Source of the DNA: Nageia nagi
Lineage: Eukaryota; Plantae; Pinophyta
Assembly (NCBI GenBank): GCA_050084985.1
Contig: JBITNC010000001.1
Span: forward strand, 134,540,001 to 134,604,000
Direction: 5' to 3'
DNA: 64,000 bases
Shown here: in pieces, positions 25,550 to 38,199 of the stretch
Layout: each line of letters opens with the position of its first letter
Position numbering within the stretch: the first letter of the stretch is position 1
Translations under genes and position numbers: made by a program
The notes under the pieces: generated by a model
The model's database searches: none
The model's input: only the letters and a program-made list of their open reading frames with translations
What the model was told of the DNA's origin: nothing

Positions 25550-26700
25550 CATTTTTGTCAATGAGATAAAAAAAAGAAGCAAACAAATTCATTCCTATTC
25601 TCAAAAATATCCTTTGTGTATTCCTCATTTCATTTTTAAATTTCTTTTTTTGGATTAAAATTTCTATATTTTTGAGTTGAATTGTGAAAATAATTTTTAT
25701 TCTTATCTCCCCGTTGACCCATTATATCCTAATTTTTTTCTACTTAAAAATTTCTTCAAAGATTAGCATATTATGATAATCACTTTAGAGATCTTTTTCT
25801 TTTTCCCCAATTTCCATTATGAAATTTCATTATTTAATAGTAGATTACTTATTATTTGGTAGATTATTTTGTACCAAAAACATTTTAAAATATTTCTCTA
25901 TTCCAAATTATCATATTCCTTAAATCACAAATCATTATTTCTTAGCTACTTACTCCATTAAAGATTCTAGAATACCTTGCATCCAACATTCCTTAATTTG
26001 ATTATTCATGCTTCAAGAATATGATTTCAAAGTGTAGGAAGGGTATTTTTACTCTTATGATATCTAAAGAGACTTCCCAAACTAAAGGATTATGATTTGA
26101 TCTAATTTTAGAATGCCTTTCTTAAAATTAATCATCAAACTAAGTAAAGCCAATCTTTGATATAAGAATTGGTTTTTATTTGACTTGAAAATATTAGTTG
26201 TTTGACCTCCTAATGAACCACATATATTTAATACCCCTACGGTAAATATCAATTAATTCTTTGAAAGTAAAAAAAGATTCAAAATCTAATGTACCTTCTA
26301 TTATATGAAAATTACCACCTTTCTTATCTAGGAAGAAAAGGAAAGAGTTGAAATCTTTATCTAGGATCCTTGGGGTATCTTCAAAGGGCTTCGTACTATC
26401 ACTTAAATCTTCCCATAAATATTTCCTACCTTAATTGAATTAGCAACATAGAATAATATAAAAATATATATATTTATTTACTCTCCAACCTATAAGGGGA
26501 TAAATAAATATATACAACTAGCCCCATCGTAAGTTATATGGGAAGGGACCCCTTTTGAATAGAATAATAATAAGCCTTAAATAATAGGATTCATGAGCTG
26601 AATAAAAAACAAGATTGATCTTATGATTTTTCAACAATAAGAATCACCTTTATATTATCAATTCAGCCCCTATTATTATTAAGTTGTGATTTTCCTCTTT
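25550..26700 (-). mobile_element. L1-type LINE ORF2 relic (endonuclease and following region)
   Basis: WEDLS...DKDFNSFLFLDKKGG...DFESF..FKELIDIYRRGIKYMW...SNHNP (APE endonuclease-like), then W...GDKNKNYFH. Heavily decayed. Confidence 0.65.
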
Positions 26701-27360
26701 ACAATAGTAGGAAACACGATTTTTTCAACTATATGAAATGTTAGGTTTTATATAAGCTCTTTTGAATGGGTTCAACTTGAGAAATGATAGATTTATGCAA
26801 ACCAACCTCTCAATTATTAAAGCATTAGATTTTGAATCAAGGAAAGTTCAACTGAAAGACCCATATATTAGTAATTTTCCCTTAAATAATAATAAATAGG
26901 ATTGATTTTTTACTACTATTAGGTCAAATTTGAATGATGTTAAATGTGAAAACCTAGTAATTGAAACTCGTGATGAAGTTAAAAATAAAAATGATATATT
27001 TATTTTTAATAATAAGAAATATTTGTAATCCTAATCATAGTTGAAGACTACAATTTATATCATTTACGATATTTTTAAGATCCTTTAATACTAAATTAAA
27101 TTATCTTATTATAACTAGTATGAAGAAATGATTTTATATATAATGAAAAATATTCTTTATCTTAACTTTCTTCCTCACAAATGAATTATTTTATTCTCTT
27201 TATATATCATTATATTAAATAATGCTTCATAAAAATTCAACCTCTAAGATAGTTAGACATATTTGAGGTATACCCTTAATAACATAAATTATATTTATTC
27301 CTTCAAATCCTTACTCCATTTGATACATTAAAGTTTTTAAATCTATTATATGTTTATCTA

Positions 27361-27464
27361 AGAAACTTTATGCAAAGGTGCAAGTAGGTTTCAAAAGAAA
27401 TCATTATATCTGTGATCACATTGTAACTCTTAGAGCTATCATTGAAGAAGCCAAAGCTAATAAG
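27361..27464 (+). mobile_element. Non-LTR retrotransposon RT fragment (RTE-like)
   Basis: QVGFKRNHYICDHIVTLRAIIEEAK matches the QxGFRxxxSTxDHIFTLRxIIE RT motif. Confidence 0.6.
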
Positions 27465-30400
27465 TTTCAGATAGGACAATTTCAACTAAGAATCATATCT
27501 AATAAAATTTTTCAAATTTCAAATATCTACCTAGGATTGAAGTCTGGATCAAACACCAACATCTCATAGGAAAAGTTAGAAAGGCAATAAAGCGATGAAT
27601 TCTAAAATAGAAATGAAGCGACAACTATGAATTATTGGTATTGTTCAAATATTTTTATAAGTGTTGTATATGATATCAAGCATTAAATTTTAAATTTGAT
27701 ACTTTGTTTTCTTGAACTTAAATATAAATTTTTTTATGTATATATTTCGAAAGTCTTTTTAAAATTCCAATTTTTTTATTAAATTAAATTTATCTATTTT
27801 AATAATTTTTTTTTTTAATCATGGATAGCTATTGAAATAAAAATTAACATTCTAAATATTGATTTATTTAAGGAAGTCAACCATAATATAATGATGATCA
27901 ATTTAGTGAGTTTCTTAAAAAAAATTATGAAGATACATTTCGTTATTCATTTTGATGATTTTCTTCTTATAGGAGGATTAAGCTACTAAGATATACATAT
28001 TTCTATTATAGTCTTTTATTTTAAAAATCATAGCTCAATTTGATTAAATGATATAATATACTTTTATAAATATAAATTATAATGCTTGTAAGATATCATA
28101 TTACTCTTCTTAATATGGTTGTATTCTTGAATATATTATCATTATCCACTTTTCAAGATTACTTGTATATATATATTGATGTTAATTAATTGAAAATTAT
28201 TATTAGATATCAAAAAGATGATCTTATATTGATATTTAATTTCATAGCATGATTATACTTATTTATTAATATTTTTAATTTTATATTATTGATTCTTTTA
28301 TTTTATTTTAGTGTTTTGTTGAATATGAAGGAAGAAATATAGTTTAATGAAGAGAGAGAAGGAATTCATATGTGAGTATGATTTTTACATAAGCTCAAGA
28401 GAAAATATAATATTTCTTGTTCACAAATTCCTACAAGTCAAGGAGTGGGGTCATCTATGGGTAGCTATTGGGCAATTTTGTAGAACTCAAACCCTAATGC
28501 AACTTCCTCCTCCTCAATGAGTAGATCTCCTTGGTTATATAAAACTTGTAAGAGCTTATAGATTAGTGGAAGAATACAATTGTTCATGGAAGCAAGAATT
28601 TTGATGAAGCCACAATTTTTAAGAATGACATTAGAATTGTAGACACAAAAACTAAAGTAAGAGGGCATGAACAATGAGTTACATATGTAACTTTTGATAA
28701 GATAAGTTGCATTTAGGAAATAATACTAAGAGTGCAGGGGCACAAAATGATAAATAAAGGGTGATGAAGATAGATTGTTAGATCTCAAGGAAAAAGAATA
28801 AAGGAAACCAATATTTTATATATGGTCTTCATAAGGGGAAATTTCATTATTTTTCATAGAGAAACTATATCTATGACTACTATTTATTTCATTCTATTTA
28901 GATATATATGCAAATGCTCACAAAAAGAAAGAGAGAGTTTGAGTTAAATGTTGATATGCATTGTGAGCTTCTTTAAATATTGGGAGGAAACCTTGGTGCA
29001 TTGATGTAGGTTGGTAGTATATCCTTACTCCAATTTCTAACTTCAATTAGAATCTCTAGTAATGACTACAAGGAAGACCCTGCTTTGTTCTCCTTTGTAA
29101 ATATGAGAATACTCTATTTTTTTGTAGTTTATGATTTTCTTAAAATCCTATAGATCTTGAATGGGGGATCTAAGAGGTCATATTTAAAGAAGGCTTATCA
29201 ACAATAGAGGGCTTAATGGAGGGAGGTCCTACTCAAATCATATGCAAAAAGAATAGGTAAGCTAGATTTACAAAATAACTCAATAACATTGAATTTGAGG
29301 TGATGAAAGGATCTATCAACAATGGAGGGAATGAGGAGTGTCAAACTTAATGGAGGGTGATCCTACTTCATTTTTTATTTGGAGCTAGTTGAACCAAATT
29401 TGATGTTGGTTACATACATTCTTTCACATTCTAGATAATGTAAGAAACTCATCAACAACAGAGGGCATGAAGTGTCGAGCTTAATGGAGGTAAGTTATAC
29501 TTTATTGTGTAAAGTCTGAAGCAAGGAGAAAAATGATGGTTGTAACCATATATCAAAAGAAGCAAAATAAAATTTGAATATGTTTAACAATTTTGATTCA
29601 ACATTATACCATTATAAAATTTGTAAAATGAGAACATGGAGCTTGTTTAAAAATTTATGTTTTTCTTCATGGATGTGTTTTATGATAGGATTCTTAGTAT
29701 TACTTCGTTCTCTTTTTTCAATATAAAAAGATTTTTGCTTCATTTTTCTTATGATGCATACTAAAATATATGTTATATCTTTTTATATAAAAGGTGGTTG
29801 GATATCCTTTCAAAACTCCTAATTTTTTTTATTAAAACATTTAACCTTTTAATAAAAAAAAAAAAGTTTACAATGGAATTAAGGAGTAGAAGTATTTTGA
29901 TAATAAAATTTACACATAAGAATCACTTATTTTCTCTTAATAATATGAATGTGAATCATTAAATGATCAATATATATTATAAGTAATTAAATGGATTGTT
30001 AATCTCATATTTAAAAATCATCTTTAGGAATTGATCATTAGATCATATTTCAGATATAAATGATCTAATGGTTGTATAAGTTCATAATCCTAACTAAATA
30101 TTTTACTAACATTAGAAAATATATATATGATTTATTCTACATATCCCACGATTACTAAAATGAGTTAAAAACTGAAAAGTAATTATTGTTAGTTTGGTAT
30201 GAAAAATGATTTGATTTATTATAGATCACTAAATATCTTAGATGTTAAAAGGTTCAGGTTTAATACTTATAACTTAGTAGAGAATTCTATACTTATGATA
30301 TTTTAACCAAAAAAATAGAAAGTATTTTTTATACATTTCATTTTAAAATTGCAAGAATTCAATTTCACTATTATGCCATAATGCCTATTTTGGATAAATT

Positions 30401-30639
30401 GATTAACCACATTTTATTCTAGGAAATATCCTAGACAATGCTTTCAATAATGAATAAAAAATTATGTAATAAATAGTTAATATTATTGAAATTCTAAAAA
30501 AATGATAATATCTAATATTAGATTCACTTCATATTTAATTGTAAAGCTTATATCAAGCCACAGAAAAAATTAATTAAATGTTTCTGTTAACAATTAAATT
30601 AAATTTTTTATTTAATTAAAAATAATATTTTGCATGTAT

Positions 30640-31112
30640 TTATTTTTATTTTTTGAGAGGTATTAGCCAAAGCCACTAATCCTCTCGGTGTTGTGATCTT
30701 GCCTACTAATCACACGAATAAGGGTAAATCATGGGTTCTTTTCTTGGGTCAGACTTTTTACATGAGGATTTCTATCCAAGCCCAATAAATCAATCATAAT
30801 ACAACTAAAATGCATCCAAACTACAACCATGTAGTACCACCAATTTGAATCACTTTGCCACCATGGTATCCCCTTGGGGACTAAAATGCTAGGGTAAACA
30901 TTTGAAGAATCTATATCCATAAGCATGTAATGGGGAGTCCTTATAACCTACTATGTAGGAAACACTAGTCAACCACTACGAGCACCTTGGGTTTTACCAC
31001 TTCCTTTATAACCCCTCCACATGGGTATAGCTTCCTCTCTTGGCTTGTGGGATTGGAACCCATGACCTCCCAAAGGAGACCAAGAGTCCTTACTACTACA
31101 CCAATTCCTTAC
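30640..31112 (-). mobile_element. Putative tRNA-derived SINE
   Basis: Pol III A-box-like TGGTGTAGTAG (31103-31093) and B-box-like GGTTCCAATCC (31060-31050), 32 nt apart. GC-richer body ends in an A-rich tail near 30640-30654. Confidence 0.6.
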
Positions 31113-32120
31113 GGCTTGTTTAAGTATTGCAAGTAATTTAAGTATTATATTTTATGTATATTTATAGAATAAAGTGCAATATTATTCAATTATATTATTT
31201 TGATGATAAGTATAAGGAGTACTAGCTATTAATATATCTTAGTCAATGATGGAACCTTGTATCTATTTAAGGGAGAAAGATATGACATTAATTATATTGA
31301 AACACTAATAGATACACTAATACATAATATTGATCTATGTATCTCAACACAAACAATAAAGTATGGTTTTGAGGCTTTATTGCTTACTGTATTTCTTATT
31401 CATGATATTGTAGTTCAGGTATAATAAACTTCGTTAGAAATTTTGATGACACACAAAAATTTGAAGATACTAAAGGAGGTGAGTGTTGTAGTATGCTATA
31501 CCATAGTACATTGGTGTTCCATGTTGGATGAGCAACGAGGATTTAAAATTCAAGACTCAGTGATGTTGAGATTGATAAACCAGGATTTATATTGTGATCC
31601 ACTTAAAATTGGCAAATGATAATTTTGTAATTCATTTTAATTTAAATTTGATTATGGTAAGGTCAATAGAAGAATTTGGTATTTGAAATATAATTATTCA
31701 AAATTAAGTTATTTTATTGATTATAATTGATATCAAATTAACTAAGTAGAATCAATTTTTAGGATCAACAAATATGTGTACTTGACTTATGTTTGTAATC
31801 CTTAGGTTTTTATAGAATTTTTTATTAGAAACCCTAGGTTTGTTTGGCTTTTTAGTAGTATTAATTTTATACAAAATCAAAATATAAAATTATTGCTTTA
31901 AAATTATTAGAAAATACATAAATTTTAATTTTGCAAAAAAATATTTTTGAGGATAACCATATAATTTGAAGGTCATTTTATTGAATTTGGTGAGATCTTA
32001 GATTGAAATATTTTGTTGAAACCATACCAAGAAATATTTGTGATATTAAAAGATCATATTTTAAGTACAATAGCTTATCAATGCTCTCTAAATAAATTAT
32101 AAAAATATTATGTATCAATT

Positions 32121-32304
32121 TGATAATACTATATCCTATATTTATATCATATTACATTGTACCACTTTATGTATTTTTTGTTTGCATTACTAATATAGTA
32201 TTATGAATTGTATGATAATACTATAACTTATATTTATATCATATTTCATAATGCCACTTTATGTATTTTTGCTTTCCATCACTAGTCTAGTATTATGAAT
32301 TGTA
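32121..32304. repeat. Tandem duplication, 2 x 92 bp
   Basis: 'tgataatactata...tattatgaattgta' repeated at 32121 and 32213. Confidence 0.85.
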
Positions 32305-32660
32305 TTATACGTTGCCTTTCAGAAATATGAATTAACCCGTGTCCAAGTTAAGAGTGTTTCGTAAAGAAATAAAAATTATAAGGTTAACATGCTAAATTTA
32401 GTAGAGATCTTATACAATTCCATAAAAATACACATTTGATGCACCAGGTAAAATATAAAATTATATCTTAAATATTTAGGTAAATGTGTTCTTTCTTAGG
32501 AAATGGAAGTGAAATGATTGATAATATTACTAGTGATGATATGAAAAATGATATTTCTTTTGGTACTAATATTGTTGAAATTCTTTTCAATATTGGTAGA
32601 ACTAATACTATAAAAGAAAATAGTGGTACTGATAAATGAAAGATTCAAAAATAAAAACTA

Positions 32661-32875
32661 ATGGAGAGTATGTGTATGAACGGCTCGGTGGTTCGCCATT
32701 GTTAGGGCTGCCTTCTCTCTCTCTGGTAGAGATATGGTAGCCAGAACCCTCACTCCAACTGGGGATTTGGATGTGTTAGGTACAGAGTCGTTTATAAGTG
32801 GAATGCTTGACTTATATCGCCAACGATAATACGAGCGAACGGAACACAATTGCGTTGAAGGGTAGATTTTCAACG
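32661..32875 (-). pseudogene. UGT copy 4 remnant: promoter/5'UTR plus first 13 codons
   Basis: ATG at 32699 gives MANHRAVHTHTLH, after which homology stops. Upstream TATAAA and a 'ttgcgttgaag.gtagat' block shared with the copy 2 upstream region. Confidence 0.85.
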
Positions 32876-34580
32876 TAGATGGTGCCTACTGCTGAGGATA
32901 CTTATTCTCCGTGTAGAATAGAGGTGTTCATATCCAATCAAATTAATACATTACAACAAATATAAAACAAACAATACTCTTAAGATGATATTGAGTCGAT
33001 ATTATCACTCACTGCAGCTACAAACTACCATAGAATCGGTATCCATATGCACTTTCCACCAGATATATGTACTACAGCATTCAAGTGCGATTTTACTATA
33101 ACAGTGATATTATGACAAACAATTCCTACCCTTTGTCAGTTTTTAAAGTATGTGTACTACGAAATTAACATGGAAAACATGCCATCTTCAATTTGAAATT
33201 TAGGATCTCAGGACCCTTCGTCAATATTTGTGCTTGTATCTTCTATTATTATTTTTAAATCTATTAGTAACTTTCATAAGATCTAAGTGCTTATTCGTGT
33301 ATAATATATGTAGCGAGCTTCATCATTAAGATTATTATTAAGCTTATAAAATGTTTAGAATAAATGTGAATGTGCTGCTCTTCTAAATCTCAATTTCAAA
33401 GGATATACAGAGAAGAATTTAAGCTGATATCAAATTAGGCATGTTGCTTATTATTACTACACCAATATTTGTATATAGAATTGCATTAGATAATTGTATA
33501 GTAATGTTGCATTATATTCTAGTTATATTTTTTTATGAAGTTTTAATTTTTATTTATTAGATTGGATAATTTTTATTAATTTTTTTTCTTACTTTTTATT
33601 TATTAGATATGGATAAATTTTATTTATTAGATGTTCATAAATATCATGAATTATTTGTATTCTTTTGTTACTTGCATTTATTCATGAAGAGAATCATGAA
33701 GTGAGGTGTGTAAAACTTCACACCAATACACAAGAACTAAATAGATCCAACTAATGAAGTTGAGTTTTCACATTTCCTTAAGGTATATCAAAAGATTATC
33801 CTAGGTGATTATTATCATTTTTATCTCTAAAAACCCATTGATTGTATATTTATTATTGTAAACTACATTTATTATTATAAGAAGCGGACTCTCATATATA
33901 ATTATTGTAATTAATAATATGTTTAAGGGAGGTCCCAATCCTCCCTAATTATCATCATAAAATATTGGATTAAATGATATTTTTGTGAAATAATAATGTA
34001 ATATATCCTACTTTAATTACATAGTATATATTTATAAAAGTAGCATAACAAATTGGACTAATCACATCTAGCCAACAAATCCATATAGAATGTAACAAAC
34101 TAGACAAAATATTTGAGTGAATAAATTACTGTCATTTAAAACACTCTAAAAAAACCCCTCACACCCCCATATTATATCATTATCCAAATGTGTATACATA
34201 CAATAACAACTACTTGATGAACACACTTTATAGTTCATCAACACATATGAGATAAATAGAGACATACATATCTACTCATGATAAGTAATAGTGTAACTAG
34301 TCTCACTTTTCTTCTTCACTAGGGCTAACCTTATTAGACATGTAACCATGCATAACCAACTATCAATGATTCATTAATATATTTGGATAGATATAGACAT
34401 AATATACAAATGTCAAAGTTGTGAATAAGAATATTGGGGACACATATAAGAAATCATGAATAAATAGATAGGGATGTAGACATTATCCAATAGAAATTTT
34501 GTAAGTAGGGATATACACACTATCTAATATCAATGTTGTAAGAAGGGAGACAAGAACTATTGAACGCCAATATTCTAAAA

Positions 34581-34680
34581 NNNNNNNNNNNNNNNNNNNN
34601 NNNNNNNNNNNNNNNNNNNNNNNNNNNNNNNNNNNNNNNNNNNNNNNNNNNNNNNNNNNNNNNNNNNNNNNNNNNNNNNN
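34581..34680. other. Assembly gap (100 N)
   Basis: Run of exactly 100 N, a typical placeholder of unknown size. Confidence 0.99.
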
Positions 34681-35519
34681 TTAGTTTCAACCATCCCATT
34701 GTGACAATATGTAATTAATTTGAAGTAAAATATTGTGAATTGAAGTAGCACTCTTGAAAGATTTGTTAATTTTATGAATATCACATCTTTGGTGATGTCT
34801 ATTTACCATAATAAAATATAAATAATAAAATTTATCAATCTCAAAGCAACATATTATTTATATAAGGAAAATAAAAGAATTTATCATCACAAAGTGGTGA
34901 TCATTAATTTGTTAATCAATTCATAAAAAAACATGCCAATGATAGCATAAAAACAAACAAATTAGTTTTTCAAAAAGAAACCACAACCATTTAAAATATT
35001 AACAAGCACATTGAAGATATAAAATATGAATTTTGAGCATCAAAAATGTAATGGTGAGGAGGCCCTAGGGTTTAGTGTTAAAATCCAACCATATAAAAGA
35101 AAAGGCCATCATTTAAGCTTTGAGCCACTTGTCACCATCCAAAAATCCTTTCAAGCATAGTGTGGTTAATCTTCAATATGATTTTTAATGTTAATAGCAT
35201 TGACTGTGTTTGAGTCACACCCCCAATTTTTATTTAATTCCATTTCTACCTCACTCATCACATGGATAATGGTGATTGTAGGGATTTTGGTCATCCTTTT
35301 ATGGGTAGGAAGGGTCATGTCACTTATATATTTGATCCCTTCCATTTGTGCATAGGTATGTTACTATTTTATAATTATATTTATTTACGTTACATCTTTA
35401 TATTTCAATTTTATGAGTAATTCATTTTATACTCAATTAAACTTGCAAGCATGTAAGGTGCTTATTCAGGATGGTCCCATATCTATAGCCTCTTTAGAGA
35501 AGGCTTGGACTTGACATAT

Positions 35520-36600
35520 GGGTTATCGGAGAGTAGGATCTTGATAGAAAGTGGTTTGGAGAACCTATCAATTCCAGGACACATCCAATAAGACTTGCCC
35601 CTCCTCACTGCATTGGTAGAAAGGTGGTACCTAGATTGTAACACCTTTCACCTTCACCTAAGTGAAATGAGTGTTACATTACTATACTTTTATAGCATTT
35701 GGAGCATCCCTATTAGGGGAGGCTCATCCATTAGATGGAGGTTTACAAAATTTGGATACAAAACTAGCTATTGCTTTGGTTGATGGGAGAGGAGGATCAT
35801 GAATGGGAGCACTGGGCTTCTCAATTGGTGAATGTTTATCATTTTTCTCATCTAGGAAGACATTTGAGTCTACTAATAACTACCATTATTATGACATACC
35901 TTTTTTCTAATAAGAGCAGCTCCTTCTTTCCCTTAGGAATTTAGTTACTCTAAGAGATTTGTGCTAAGGGCACTCAGTTTGCTTGGGGTCCTATAGTTTT
36001 GGCCTAGTTGTACTGAGACTTGTTTAACTTTATGAGAGTTGACAAGTTCAACCTCACTATAACTCATGTGAGCCTACTCTAGGCATGGTCATATGAGAAG
36101 ATTGCAATGAGTAAGCCATTGGGATTGTAGTAAGCATGAGTAGACCTAGAAGATACATTCCTAACATGTTGGGTGTCCAGAGCTCGAGGGTACAGGTACC
36201 CTCACTCTTTAGAGGCTATATGAAGAGAAATGGATGGGCTACAGAAATCTAACATAGTTTGGGTTCCCTATGCTGATATGGTATGGGATGATGATGCCCA
36301 TCATCTTACATGGTATGCTAGGAGTGCTTCCTTTAGGCCATGAGGAAGCTGGTAGAGCCCTAGCTACCTTAGAGAGTTCTTAGATAATTTGGAATCCAAA
36401 AGGATATTCCAATAGATCTTATTTTTTATAGGAGATATATGATAGATCAAAATACATCAGATGGGTCACCAATCATACCAATGTGGTGGGTGATATGGGA
36501 GGAGCTGAGGGCATGAGATGAGCTAGTAGAGGTATCCATGGCTCCTAAAGTGGCTCCAAGGTACATAGATTGGTTGAATTGAGTTTGTCCTACCAACCTT
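35520..36600 (+). pseudogene. Plant Mobile Domain (PMD, MAIN/aminotransferase-like) relic, TE-borne
   Basis: LLTALVERWYLDCNTFHLHLSEMSVTL...IPIRG, FAWGPIVLA*LY*DL, LL*AWSYEK, IVWVPY and RVLR*FGIQKDIP follow the PMD motif order. Confidence 0.82.
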
Positions 36601-37296
36601 GGCATGGATGAGGATGATGATGAAGATGTGGAGTGATAAAGTGAGGGATCATCAGATAATGATCCCTACCAGGTGAAGAATCCCATGCATGATATTTTGG
36701 TGCATAGGGGAGGCTACAATGCTAGGATTGATGGCTCTTATAGTTGTGCCCTTAGCAGCACTAGTTAAAAATCAATCCATAGCTTTAAATTTTATTTTTG
36801 TTATGCATATGAATTTAGGACTAAAGAAAGGTTTCATTGGTTACAGGTGAGGTTTATACCAAAGTGGTGGCCCTAGAGGTCAAAATTGAGAGGCTTAAGC
36901 TTTTCAAGGATGAGGTGATAAGTATGTATGTTGCCTTTGAGTTAAGGATGCCTAGATTTCTAGCTTGGAGTGCTTTTTAAAGAGCCTCCAAGAGAGACTT
37001 ACAATGCCCTCACCCAATGAATAATGAGCTTTTATGTAGGGCCAGGTAACTAGGCTAGAGAGGATTAGGTTGAGGTGGCCACACTCAAGGGAAAGTATAA
37101 TAGAGAAAAACTATTATTGAGCTCCAATGGGATCAACACTAGTTAGATATATGGAGGGGTATCTATTTTAGGGGGGAGTGGGAGTAATTATAGGACTAGG
37201 CTCAGGATCGAGGATACTACCAATAGTGGCAGTAGTTCCCATTAGTAGAGTAGGCTTATAGTCATGGTTCCACCCATCATTGTACATTATTACTTT

Positions 37297-37298
<2 letters not shown>

Positions 37299-37334
<36 letters not shown>
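37299..37334. repeat. (AT)18 microsatellite
   Basis: Directly visible. Confidence 0.97.
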
Positions 37335-37337
<3 letters not shown>

Positions 37338-38199
37338 ATTCATCAATTATGTTCTTATGTGCATGTTTATTTGCTTTGTACCAATCCCTACAGCATTTGT
37401 TTACTGTGCATGCAAATAAGAAAACACTTTAAAATTTTGATCATTAAAACATCTGTAGATATATAAAATATTAATTAAAACCATGAACCACATATAATTT
37501 GCATGTTTAATATAAATTTGAATAATGGATCTCTATGTTGATACTAAGGTACTAAAAGTTATCAATAATGAACAAAAATATGCAAGATTAATGTAATCAG
37601 ATTAAACATTGTTAATGAATCACTTTAGGTTATAAAAAATGCAACAAGGACCCAAAAAAATAAAATATTTTCAATTTATTATGGGAGAAGCATGTCATTA
37701 ATGGTATGAAGACAGAGGGAACACCATTAGCAACATGAAAATCAATAATATGAAGGGGATTTTTCAAAAAATAATAGAAGAATATATCCCTAATATGCAT
37801 ACAAAGTAATAATTTTATGCATGCAATAGATAAAAATTCATAATGGCCAAAAGAAAAATACCCTAACTAATATAGATTATGATTATAACCTATTTATTTC
37901 AACCAATAACTTTACATGGCTGGGGTGTTATAGAAACCTAGCCACATTTTATAGAGGCAGGGACAAAGAGAGGTACCCATGTTTTCATGTTATCCACTTC
38001 GTGGGTGGAGTGGGAATTGTAATGTACATCATCAACGATGTTGGTTACCTTTGACTTAGTACCAATCTTTGACTTTCTAGATATGTATCCATAAGGGCCA
38101 ATTAAATAATGATTCAAGCATGATAAAGTACTTACCATACCAATACATCTCCTTTGCTACAAAGGTGGAAGTGGATTGGTGAAGACCCCAATATTCCAT

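Noticed and set aside
31040-31112. Functional tRNA gene
   Set aside because: A/B boxes are degenerate, no convincing cloverleaf is seen, and it continues into a body with an A-rich tail. Better explained as a SINE head.
32600-32662. Helitron 3' end (CTAA|T) as the cause of the copy-4 truncation
   Set aside because: No GC-rich subterminal hairpin, and the remainder of the UGT is not found on the other side.
34575-34784. ORF in the track spanning X residues
   Set aside because: Artefact of the N gap.
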